From positions 1 through 59,737 of IMG/VR virus record IMGVR_UViG_3300018411_000028: a DNA stretch of 59,737 nucleotides; one strand, 5' to 3'. The stretch comes from a virus. The position numbers and the translations under genes are program-made. Of this stretch, positions 51,827 through 59,737 are shown one piece after another. Under the pieces are notes generated by a model, which did no database searches, was not told where the DNA came from, and saw nothing but the letters and a program-made list of their open reading frames with translations. Numbering within the stretch: position 1 is the stretch's first letter; every line of letters starts with the position of its first letter.

Positions 51827-52171
51827 TTAGCAGTAGTCTTTCTCAATAACTACTGTAAGCCCGTCTATGTCATTGAATAGCAGTTTTGAAGCTGTGTAAA
51901 TTTTATCAAACAACTGCTCTTCTACATTTCCTATAGTTAATGTACATGTTTCTGTGTCAAGCTTTCCCCAAAACGCTACTGAGAATGGAAAAATGTGTGT
52001 AATTCTTTTCCACCTTGAATTATACAGGACTTCAAAATCATACTCAATAGTCTTACTATATGCAGATTTATTAACTCTTATATTATTCAGCTTCCCATTG
52101 TTCTTTATCTGCCTGCAGATCCTTCTTAATTTACATTCTTCTGTTGCAAGTTCTTTAATTATTATTGTCAT
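51827..52171 (-). CDS. Hypothetical protein (114 aa)
   Basis: ATGA overlap with the methyltransferase gene. Confidence 0.6.
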   Translation of the reverse strand: MTIIIKELATEECKLRRICRQIKNNGKLNNIRVNKSAYSKTIEYDFEVLYNSRWKRITHIFPFSVAFWGKLDTETCTLTIGNVEEQLFDKIYTASKLLFNDIDGLTVVIEKDYC

Positions 52172-53844
52172 GCTAATAACCCCTTCCCCTTCCAGTATGC
52201 CCTTCTTACAGAATCAAACACTTCACAAGGTGCTTCTATAAGCATATCCTCGTAACTTTCTCTTTCTGTGTCTTCTAGTGTCCTCTCTAAGTCGTCAAGG
52301 CTTGCTTCTGTGTACTCAGGTACTTCTATTATATTTCTATAAGGACTTATGCTTACTCCTGCCCTGGCTTCTATTATTTCTTTGTACTCTTCTGTTAGTT
52401 CACAGCCTACAAACTTTCTGTTTAAGACTCTTGCAGCTTCTAATGTTGTGCCGCTTCCTGCAAATGGATCTAGTATTAAATCTCCTTCTCTACTGCCCAT
52501 TGTTATTAGGTAGGACATTAGTTTTAATGGTTTTACTGTTGGGTGTTTGTTTTCACAGTATTTGTTTTTCTCACTCTTTGCAGGCTTTGGAACTATTAGG
52601 TAAGGGTATGTTTTTTGTGCTTGTTCAGGTAGTTTAGATTTAAACCATGCATCAAGGTCAAAGTAGCGTGAGAATGAACCTGAATCGTTGCAGCTGGAAT
52701 AAACATCACCAATACCAGCCGTGGTTGTTGTATCTTTTTGAATTATACCCATCCCACTTTTGTTTTTTCTCACACCTGCAGTAGATTTTGTTATAGTCCC
52801 ATCATTCAAACAATCATCTGAAACTAACAAATTTGCAGGGAATCTGCCTTCTGGAACTGTGTAATCAGACTCATTGTACTTCCCGTAAAGTTCAGTATCT
52901 CTAAATGTATGTGTATGTGGATTTTTAGCGTGTATAACATCAGAATTATTAATAGGAATCCTACAATCACTCAACCATGTTACACCCTTACCATTATTCA
53001 AACACTGGTCAACATAGGTCTTTTCTGACAAAGGTTTCATTACTACTATTATTATTTCTACTGAAGGCTTCGGCTGAAATCCTGCGTATGCTCCGTTAAA
53101 TTCTTTTGCTTGTTCTGTAGCTGGTAAAGTTAAGTCTATTTCAGTTTTAGAGTATTCACCACCTTCTGACGAGTAACCCCCACCATTAACGTAGGCGTTT
53201 AATTTTTGTTTCTTGCCTATTACTTCTCGTTCAGCCTCATCTCTTTTATTAATAGCTCTCTCAATTAACTGAATAAAAACTTCATTATCAAATTTAAGAA
53301 CATCTTTTAAAACAATCCACTGTTCCATTGTTGGAATATTAGCTCCACTCTCCCAATTCCAAACACAACCAGTTAAACCTCCAGTCCTGCTTGGAAAATA
53401 CTTTGCTATATCTTTTTGGGATAAACCTAGTGCTTCTCTTGACTCTTTTAAATAACCACAAAGTTCTTTAGATAACTCTGAGTATTTCTCATTCTCTAGC
53501 CCTCTTTTATCAATAACTTTACTAATATCTTGAGCTTTCGGAAATCCAGTAGCATAACACCAGTAAATACTTGTAAACCCCGTATTAAACCCTGCATCCT
53601 CAAGCTTTATAATCATCCTACTTAATACATCCTGTCTCGGAGCACACATAAAAAACCCAAATGCACCAGGCTTTAAAACCCTGCAACACTCTTTAAGAGC
53701 TTCAATAGAAGGAAGTGCCCGATCCCAACTTTTATTCATAAACGAATAGCCATAAGGAGGATCTGTAATTATACAGTCAAAAGTCTCCGCAGGGTACTTT
53801 TTAAGTGTGTCTTTACAGTCTCCTAACAATACTTCATTTTCCAT
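52168..53844 (-). CDS. DNA methyltransferase (beta-class N6A/N4C) with an inserted HTH segment
   Basis: GGTGGTATAA-ATG start. Motif IV DCIITDPPYG is near the N-terminus and motif I LILDPFAGSGTT near the C-terminus. The insert contains LGLSQKDIAKYF. Confidence 0.9.
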   Translation of the reverse strand: MENEVLLGDCKDTLKKYPAETFDCIITDPPYGYSFMNKSWDRALPSIEALKECCRVLKPGAFGFFMCAPRQDVLSRMIIKLEDAGFNTGFTSIYWCYATGFPKAQDISKVIDKRGLENEKYSELSKELCGYLKESREALGLSQKDIAKYFPSRTGGLTGCVWNWESGANIPTMEQWIVLKDVLKFDNEVFIQLIERAINKRDEAEREVIGKKQKLNAYVNGGGYSSEGGEYSKTEIDLTLPATEQAKEFNGAYAGFQPKPSVEIIIVVMKPLSEKTYVDQCLNNGKGVTWLSDCRIPINNSDVIHAKNPHTHTFRDTELYGKYNESDYTVPEGRFPANLLVSDDCLNDGTITKSTAGVRKNKSGMGIIQKDTTTTAGIGDVYSSCNDSGSFSRYFDLDAWFKSKLPEQAQKTYPYLIVPKPAKSEKNKYCENKHPTVKPLKLMSYLITMGSREGDLILDPFAGSGTTLEAARVLNRKFVGCELTEEYKEIIEARAGVSISPYRNIIEVPEYTEASLDDLERTLEDTERESYEDMLIEAPCEVFDSVRRAYWKGKGLLA

Positions 53845-53978
53845 TTATACCACCATATAATAAGGACTCTAAAAATATATAAAGTTATTGTGAGTGTTCA
53901 CCACTCTTTAAAACTTTATCTTTAGAGGGTTTATAATCCGCATCATGCAGCACCCTCCAGAGCATTTCACCTGTCTTC

Positions 53979-54746
53979 TCACTTAATACAACTACCCTCA
54001 GCACTATAATTCTCCAAATGCAGGTGCTCATACAGCGATTTAGCCCATGTTTTAAAGTCGTCTAGGGTGTATGCACGCTTTGCAACATTGCACTTACCGC
54101 AGCACGCTACAACATTATCTACAACATACCCTTTTGAGTTATCAACTCTATCAACACCGTTATATAAGATATTCCCGTTGGATGCACCTGCGCGCTGCTG
54201 TTGTGGAGGACACCCACAATAATAGCAGTCTTGCTGGATTAACTTTCTAAACTCATCTGTAGTAAGTTCAAAGCAAATATTTCTATCCTTTGCGCTGTTT
54301 TTATACCCTCTTAAAATTGTGTTAAAGGAGGCTACTCCAAAAGATTTTTCATTTTGCTTTCCTACAACTTCTTTATAGTAACATCCACAACTTTTGACCC
54401 TCCCACGGTGTAGTGTATTTCCGCGAGTTACAGTAGTGTTTCCACAATCACATTTACATAACCATAAAGATTGTTTGTTTTTGTCTAAGTGTGATAGTTC
54501 AACCACAACAAGTTTACCAAAGCGCATACCAGTTAAGTCTAGTACACGTGAGTGCTTACCACACGTCTTTAACTGTCCATTTAATAATGCAGACTCTCTT
54601 GCAATACGTTTATTGCCACAGTCGCAAGTGCACTCCCACTGCCTCTGACCTAACCCGTTTGGAAAAGTTCTCGCTAATACTACAAGCTTCCCAAAACGTT
54701 TCCCAACTAAATTTCGTTCAAGTGCAAACATCTTCCTCACAACCAC
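53979..54746 (-). CDS. HNH endonuclease with N-terminal tandem Cys-rich repeats
   Basis: Two repeats of GKRFGKLVV...W.C.CDCGN...L..G...(S/T)CG(C/K). C-terminus NGVDRVDNSKGYVVDNVVACCGKCNVAKR. Confidence 0.75.
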   Translation of the reverse strand: MVVRKMFALERNLVGKRFGKLVVLARTFPNGLGQRQWECTCDCGNKRIARESALLNGQLKTCGKHSRVLDLTGMRFGKLVVVELSHLDKNKQSLWLCKCDCGNTTVTRGNTLHRGRVKSCGCYYKEVVGKQNEKSFGVASFNTILRGYKNSAKDRNICFELTTDEFRKLIQQDCYYCGCPPQQQRAGASNGNILYNGVDRVDNSKGYVVDNVVACCGKCNVAKRAYTLDDFKTWAKSLYEHLHLENYSAEGSCIK

Positions 54747-54755
54747 GTAAAATTT

Positions 54756-54920
54756 TCACCACACACTTATTAACTGTCCTATCTTTGCATAGAGGTCTTT
54801 AAGAAGCCCTAACTGTCTGTCAGAAAGGGTTATTCTGTCTTCTACACTCATGCCAAACTTGCTATCTTCAAGTTCATTTAATTTTAACAGAAGCCTGTTT
54901 ATTTCGTGAAGATCACACAT
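54756..54920 (-). CDS. Small coiled-coil protein (54 aa)
   Basis: AGGTGGTTTAA-ATG start. Replaces the out-of-frame 60-aa track ORF 54921..55103. Confidence 0.45.
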   Translation of the reverse strand: MCDLHEINRLLLKLNELEDSKFGMSVEDRITLSDRQLGLLKDLYAKIGQLISVW

Positions 54921-54930
54921 TTAAACCACC

Positions 54931-55704
54931 TTACAAAACCACTTCTTCCATTTTAATAGACCTGTCCACAGGGTTGAAAATTGCCTTAAGGTACCCAACT
55001 TTATTAGGGTGATACCCTGCTGATTCTGCATATGACGTTTGCCCCTCAATGTAGCTGCGTAAGAAGGTGCCGCTATTCCCAAAGTACACATACTTACTTT
55101 CATAGTTTCCGTTGCTTGTCATTGTGTCCCTTACGGCACTACTCACAAAAAGATCGTGAGTATGCCCTGACACATACAGGTCTGCATAGTGAGAGAAGGA
55201 AATACCCTCAAGAGAATTTAGTCTGCTTCCTCTCTGCCTTCCGCTTGAAAAACCATGAACCTGGTACATTAGAGTACTGCACTTTTTACCGTATGCAGTA
55301 TAGCAAAGTCTATTATACGCTGCATTTCTAAGATATGGAATTTCAAGGTCATCACAAATTTGTTCTACCATATCAATTTCTGCGTTCTTTGCGTTTCTTT
55401 CGTCATGGTTCCCCGTGATTAGCCCTGCGCACTGTGCTGCAATTGGTTTAATCAGTTTTTTAGCGTATGCATACTCTTGCCCTATGCCCTGAATCTCTGG
55501 ATCTGTTGTTCTGTGGTCATAATTTTTCTGAGTATGTGGTGTTGACTCACATAGGTCGCCATTGTGTACCCAATTACAACCAGTCTTTTTTATGTAGTCA
55601 ATCATTTTAGCCAGTGCCTTTTTATCTACATTTTTTGCCCCAATATGCCAGTCACTCGTAATAACAGTCTCAAAAGAATCTGCTTTGAACGTCTTGCATT
55701 CCAT
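54931..55704 (-). CDS. Calcineurin-like metallophosphoesterase
   Basis: GGTGGTATAA-ATG start. SDWHIG, NGDL, TGNHDE, SGHTHD. Confidence 0.85.
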   Translation of the reverse strand: MECKTFKADSFETVITSDWHIGAKNVDKKALAKMIDYIKKTGCNWVHNGDLCESTPHTQKNYDHRTTDPEIQGIGQEYAYAKKLIKPIAAQCAGLITGNHDERNAKNAEIDMVEQICDDLEIPYLRNAAYNRLCYTAYGKKCSTLMYQVHGFSSGRQRGSRLNSLEGISFSHYADLYVSGHTHDLFVSSAVRDTMTSNGNYESKYVYFGNSGTFLRSYIEGQTSYAESAGYHPNKVGYLKAIFNPVDRSIKMEEVVL

Positions 55705-55720
55705 TTATACCACCCACCAC

Positions 55721-56515
55721 TTAATATTCAATCAATCCCTTTTCAAGTAAAATATCAGAAATTCCCCTTTCCATGGTTACAGGTTCTACCCATGCACCTA
55801 GTACCGAGTCAGTACAGGTACAGATATAATCTGTGTGATCTCTATAAACTGATTTTTTAAGCTCAAGCACTACATCAATTGAGTGTTGACACTTCACAGA
55901 AAGACAAGGCGTTTCACCTACTTTTTTATCCCCCTTATAATCGTCCTTCATTTGCCCTGTGAGAATGAAAAGCCCGTCTGTTTCTTCTGCCCACCCACAG
56001 CCAGCTTCCACAAATGCCCTTTCAATATCATTCATTGCACCCCATTCTTCAGACATTGGATTTTCTCTATCAGGGTGTGTGTGTTTCCAGTATTCAAGCC
56101 CCATGTAGCTGCGCAAGATTGGTACTGCCCCGTCCATAATTAATACTTGGAAGTCTTCTCTTGCCAGGATTGAGTCTATTATACTATCCTTCAACTGAAT
56201 GAATGAGTTAAGATAATCAGGAGCGTTTCTAAGCTCCATTTTCATGTCTGCTTGAGTTACCTTTTTACCTGCTCTAAAAGTTGTTTCTGTCTTTGATTCT
56301 TTTCTAGGAAGCAGGAGATTATATATCTCAAAGTGCTCTTTCATTTCAGGAAAACATAGTGATATTGTTTTATCATATTTCCCTGTCTTTCCTTGTTTAC
56401 CTTCAAAATCTAAGACTACTGCCTTAAGTCCTAGATCAGTCACTATTTTTGCAGTTCCATAGGTTTTACCAGTGCCTGGAACACCGTTTAATGAAAGTGA
56501 CTGTGTTATGCCCAT
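55721..56515 (-). CDS. RecA-superfamily P-loop ATPase (AAA_24/Sak4-like recombination ATPase candidate)
   Basis: LNGVPGTGKTYGT followed by VVLDFEGK, and LIMDG as Walker B. Confidence 0.65.
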   Translation of the reverse strand: MGITQSLSLNGVPGTGKTYGTAKIVTDLGLKAVVLDFEGKQGKTGKYDKTISLCFPEMKEHFEIYNLLLPRKESKTETTFRAGKKVTQADMKMELRNAPDYLNSFIQLKDSIIDSILAREDFQVLIMDGAVPILRSYMGLEYWKHTHPDRENPMSEEWGAMNDIERAFVEAGCGWAEETDGLFILTGQMKDDYKGDKKVGETPCLSVKCQHSIDVVLELKKSVYRDHTDYICTCTDSVLGAWVEPVTMERGISDILLEKGLIEY

Positions 56516-56553
56516 TTATTACCACCACCGATTTAAAAAAAGTTTGAGCTGAA

Positions 56554-57315
56554 TTACATCAGCCCTTCAAGAATCTTATCGTCATTCTTTGCGTACTCTA
56601 CACCTTTCTTACTGAGGTACCCTTCAGCAACAAGCATGTCAATCATGGATTTAACTTTTCTTGCTTCGGAGTAAAAAGCAGTCTCTTCAGCAGAAAAAAC
56701 CTTTCCTTTCACAAAATCATTCTTTGCCGCAAGCAACCCTGAGAACTGACATTTCTCTGGAATCCCACTGATAATATTAAGCCAGTTCCTCTTTACTGCC
56801 TCAAGATCCACAGGCTTTGCTTCAACAGTTGCTACAGGTGAAGGCTTTGAGGGTGCTGCTGAAGAGTTGCCTTTGATTGAGGCAACCTTCCATATGTAAA
56901 ATGTCACAGTCCTTGGATCTCCTGTTTCTGCGTCTACCTCACCAGGATCTGGCACAAAGGACTTAGCCTGTACCTCGAATGAAACTTCTTTTCCTAGCAG
57001 GCTTGGAGTTGTAGTTACCTCAGTGTAGTCATCGTTGAAATCAAACTCAATGTTAAGCTTTGCACAAGACTTGAAGAACTTGTATATGGTGCTGGAGGTC
57101 TTTGGAGTTCTGCCCCCGTTTCCGTCATCTACCCACTTATCGAGCTTCAGATCCAGCTTAAGGACAGGTTCATCCTCGCCAAATTCAAAGACAAGCTCAG
57201 TCTTGAGTCCACCACCAAAAGCGTCTGCCTCTTCAATTTTGACATCTGAAACAACTGCGCTAAAGTTCTCAATTCTCTTATCAAATTTGTTCTGAAGAAT
57301 TACGAGTCTAGCCAT
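56554..57315 (-). CDS. Hypothetical protein, possible DUF669-like ssDNA-binding partner of the ATPase
   Basis: ATG 57315 follows GGTGGTATAAG (the track start is 15 nt upstream, inside the RBS). The function guess rests on its position next to the Sak4-like gene. Confidence 0.6.
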   Translation of the reverse strand: MARLVILQNKFDKRIENFSAVVSDVKIEEADAFGGGLKTELVFEFGEDEPVLKLDLKLDKWVDDGNGGRTPKTSSTIYKFFKSCAKLNIEFDFNDDYTEVTTTPSLLGKEVSFEVQAKSFVPDPGEVDAETGDPRTVTFYIWKVASIKGNSSAAPSKPSPVATVEAKPVDLEAVKRNWLNIISGIPEKCQFSGLLAAKNDFVKGKVFSAEETAFYSEARKVKSMIDMLVAEGYLSKKGVEYAKNDDKILEGLM

Positions 57316-57316
57316 C

Positions 57317-57460
57317 TTATACCACCTCAATATTAAGCATCTTTAAAGTCCTTACACATACTTTTTCTGTCTGTTCATCTACAACCATTTCACCACAAAC
57401 AACACGTACTAAGACTTTCATAAGTGCTGCGCGTTCTTCACAAGTAAGAGAGTGCAGCAT
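57317..57460 (-). CDS. Small protein (47 aa)
   Basis: Fills the gap between 57462 and 57315. Its last codons encode the GGTGGTATAA motif of the next gene. Confidence 0.4.
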   Translation of the reverse strand: MLHSLTCEERAALMKVLVRVVCGEMVVDEQTEKVCVRTLKMLNIEVV

Positions 57461-57461
57461 A

Positions 57462-57869
57462 TTACTGCATCTCCGGCTTACCTTTGTTAAGATTCTTTTT
57501 CATGTCTGCGATAACTGCCTTAACCTGTCCTGACAGATCCATAAAGTCCTGCCCGATCATGTCATAAACTTCCAGTGAATCACCTTCACATTCCAAGTGC
57601 CTGGTAATTCTAACCTTTGCATACGGCTTAACTTCTCCCTTTGCTCCTGTGTCTGCTCCTGCCTCTACTTCAATTGTTACAGGCTGTTTGATGATTGAAA
57701 TTGTTTCAATTACCTGGTCAGGTATTATTTCTTCCTCTTCTCCTTCAAACTCTTCCTCTTCGTCTTCACCTCCCATAATTTCTTCAAGTTCTTCTTCTGT
57801 CAGGTCTTCGTCCATGTCTTCATTTGCGTTAATTTCGTCTGAAATCTGCTTTGCTTCTTCTGGTGTCAT
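57462..57869 (-). CDS. Acidic protein (135 aa)
   Basis: Glu/Asp-rich N-terminal half (EDMDEDLTEEELEEIMGGEDEEEEFEGEEEE). Confidence 0.65.
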   Translation of the reverse strand: MTPEEAKQISDEINANEDMDEDLTEEELEEIMGGEDEEEEFEGEEEEIIPDQVIETISIIKQPVTIEVEAGADTGAKGEVKPYAKVRITRHLECEGDSLEVYDMIGQDFMDLSGQVKAVIADMKKNLNKGKPEMQ

Positions 57870-57929
57870 ATTCTACATCTCCTTATCTTAGTTCATTTTG
57901 TACTCAGTTTATTTAATCAGTCCCGTTCA

Positions 57930-58148
57930 TTACTGTTTTACTGTCAGGCTCCTTACGCAGTCAATAAGAGCTTTATAATTATCATACTGTGCTAGGGCAG
58001 TGTTTACCGCCGAAACATCACCGATTTTTGAGAATTTTACAATATCTTTGAGCTTATCTCCAGCCCTAACATGAAGCTCAGCCAGAGATTCAGCAACAGA
58101 ACGCTTATCTCCTTTCTCACAAAGTTCTATTATATCCATTTGTACCAC
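57930..58148 (-). CDS. Hypothetical protein (72 aa), first gene of the minus-strand arm
   Basis: AGGTGGTACAA-ATG start. Confidence 0.6.
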   Translation of the reverse strand: MVQMDIIELCEKGDKRSVAESLAELHVRAGDKLKDIVKFSKIGDVSAVNTALAQYDNYKALIDCVRSLTVKQ

Positions 58149-58433
58149 CTTTCAAACTGTCATTTTAGCCTGTTGCTTAAGACTTGCTCACCTTAGCAAA
58201 TCTTAGCAACACTTACTAGGATACGATAATATATAAGTTTTTCGTATGTAGGTGGAATACTTACCTAGCTTATATACCAACAATAGATTTTAGCAGATTT
58301 TTTGCCTTACATTATACTACCTTAGAACCAGTTACGCAAACATTATATACTACTTGTATGCATACTGTACAGAAACGGAAAAGTAAAATTTCTACTGTAA
58401 AATTTACGTAATAAAAAATTAGGTGGTTATGGT

Positions 58434-58598
58434 ATGATGCACACAATGAACACAGCAAAATTTGTTGTAAAAAATGGATCAGTAGGGAATCTACAGAACA
58501 CACTTAATGATCTGGCTGAACAGAACTATGATTTTGTTAGTCTTCACCAGTTTATGACACCAGACGGACTGAAATTCTCACTTGTGATGAAGAGGTGA
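58434..58598 (+). CDS. Small protein (54 aa), first gene of the plus-strand arm
   Basis: AGGTGGTTATGGT-ATG context. Replaces the antisense track ORF 58312..58503. Confidence 0.45.
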   Translation: MMHTMNTAKFVVKNGSVGNLQNTLNDLAEQNYDFVSLHQFMTPDGLKFSLVMKR

Positions 58599-58602
58599 GA
58601 TA

Positions 58603-58989
58603 ATGACCAGATCCAGAAAAGTAGAACAGGCAATAAAAAATGATTTTGTTTTTAAGGCGATTGGGGAAGACTACACAGACAGAGATCCTGCAGAGTATAC
58701 TAATATTAATGCAGTGGGATTCTGCCCACACATCGACAACAGCAGGCTTCAGAAAATTATTCTGTCAAAAAATGGTGACGGAATTATCCACAGAAGGTGT
58801 GTTGCCTCAAATGGCACAGACAGATTTTACCATTACGTACAGCTCCAGGATTTTAAGCCCGTGCAATTCTGCAAACTACAGAGAGATCCTGAGGCAGACA
58901 TAGAAAAATGCGAGAGATTTTTCACAAAATGCCCTGCGTACATAGCAGAAATAGTAGAAGAAAAGAGAGCTAAAAAGAGGGTGGTTTAA
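58603..58989 (+). CDS. Hypothetical protein (128 aa)
   Basis: GAGGTGAGATA-ATG start. Confidence 0.65.
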   Translation: MTRSRKVEQAIKNDFVFKAIGEDYTDRDPAEYTNINAVGFCPHIDNSRLQKIILSKNGDGIIHRRCVASNGTDRFYHYVQLQDFKPVQFCKLQRDPEADIEKCERFFTKCPAYIAEIVEEKRAKKRVV

Positions 58990-59250
58990 ATGGCAGAGAA
59001 AATTATTATTGATATGGAAAAGGGAACTTACACATACCCAGAGTGTCCTGACACTGAAATTATGGACATTTGCAAAGATACACTTATGACTGGTGCAAAA
59101 CTTGAACTGTTCAAAGTGCAGTACAAGCAGGTTGCAACAGAGTTTGTAGTTCTTCGTGATAAACAGGACGGAGGGCAAACCTGGCAGTATAAAACAAAAA
59201 GAGCAGCACAGAACAAGTATATGAAACTCATAGAAGAGGAACTTTGTTAA
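58990..59250 (+). CDS. Hypothetical protein (86 aa)
   Basis: GGGTGGTTTAA-ATG start, abutting the previous stop. Confidence 0.6.
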   Translation: MAEKIIIDMEKGTYTYPECPDTEIMDICKDTLMTGAKLELFKVQYKQVATEFVVLRDKQDGGQTWQYKTKRAAQNKYMKLIEEELC

Positions 59251-59264
59251 AAGAAGGAGTACAA

Positions 59265-59489
59265 ATGAAACTAAAGACAATAGTACTGTACACTGTTGCG
59301 CTATCTCCAATCCTTCTAGGAGAAATTACAAGAAGTGTCTATGGTGATGAAATAACTACAGCATTAATGATAGGATGCCTAACTGGTTTTGTTGCTGGAA
59401 CAATTATAACACTGCTTGGAGTTGAGACAGCAGAAAACGGCTACAAAGAAACTATGCTTGAAGAAGAAAAATGGTTGAAAAACAAGTAA
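59265..59489 (+). CDS. Membrane protein (74 aa)
   Basis: ATG 59265 follows AAGGAG. Two hydrophobic helices. Confidence 0.6.
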   Translation: MKLKTIVLYTVALSPILLGEITRSVYGDEITTALMIGCLTGFVAGTIITLLGVETAENGYKETMLEEEKWLKNK

Positions 59490-59614
59490 AAGAAGTGGTG
59501 GTATAGAGGGAGATTAAACCTCCCTCTGGTGGTATAAATGAACAACGATTCTAAAAAAGAGTTGTTGTACAAATACTATATACGCAGGTATTATATTTAA
59601 ATCTATCTATAGGG

Positions 59615-59737
59615 GTGGTATAAATGTTCAAATGCGATTATAGAAAAAAGTGTGAAGGATTCACTAGCGAGTCTATCTACTGTATGAGCTGGACTGAGTG
59701 CCAGGGGTGCGGAATTTGGAAGCTGTTCTCTAGGGGA
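59615..59737. repeat. Terminal direct repeat, right copy (identical to 1..123)
   Basis: Exact copy of bases 1-123. Confidence 0.95.

Noticed and set aside
54921-55103. 60-aa minus-strand ORF
   Set aside because: It overlaps the phosphoesterase C-terminus out of frame. The real small gene here appears to be 54756..54920, with an AGGTGGTTTAA-ATG start.

Overview
The window reads as one complete, AT-rich, densely coded mobile genome of about 59.6 kb with roughly 100 genes. Bases 1-123 recur exactly at 59615-59737, so it is either circular (assembly overlap) or terminally redundant.

I could not recognise a terminase, portal, HK97-type capsid or tail genes by eye. What is present instead: small two-helix hydrophobic capsid-like proteins, a morphogenesis-type P-loop ATPase, giant signal-peptide/TM-anchored lectin-domain proteins, BRE/TATA-like promoters and oligo-T terminators. 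My reading is a non-tailed (spindle/pleomorphic-type) virus or virus-plasmid hybrid of an anaerobic, probably archaeal host. Host and morphotype are inference only.

Layout:
- Plus-strand arm (58.4 kb, through the junction, to 32.7 kb):
  - Replication and partition: DnaG-like primase fused to an SF3 helicase (447-3389), an iteron-rich origin candidate (3.4-3.8 kb), a ParB-like protein, ParA and a family A DNA polymerase (4.4-9.0 kb).
  - tRNA-Leu(UAA) at 9701-9782.
  - Two paralogous regulator-plus-adhesin cassettes and membrane proteins (10.9-22.3 kb).
  - A compositionally distinct accessory island with a structured non-coding element, a YopX-like gene, secreted proteins and a tyrosine integrase (22.8-30.0 kb).
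  - An ATP-dependent DNA ligase.
- Minus-strand arm (58.1 kb down to 33.0 kb):
  - Recombination genes: Sak4-like ATPase, phosphoesterase, HNH.
  - A DNA methyltransferase.
  - A nucleotide-metabolism cluster: DUF4406-like protein, Tmk-like kinase, TS-fold enzyme, intein-containing NrdD, MazG-like protein, glutaredoxin-like protein.
  - A presenilin-like intramembrane protease and an XPD-like helicase.
  - Small membrane proteins and a morphogenesis block (34.1-38.0 kb) flanked by inverted paralogous Zn-ribbon/HNH-like genes.

Best leads:
1. The TS-fold enzyme carries Asp where thymidylate synthase has the uracil-selecting Asn. It sits in a T4-like pool-rewiring gene set, which suggests cytosine hypermodification.
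2. A virus-encoded presenilin/SPP-type protease lies near two small MCP-like proteins.
3. A GC-rich structured element is bracketed by two co-varying hairpins.
4. The expression grammar is unusually rigid: GGTGGTATAA-start in 21 copies and AGCGCGTATATA promoters in 4 copies. This also exposes many sub-60-aa genes and possible non-AUG starts.

All functional calls come from motifs read by eye. No searches were run.
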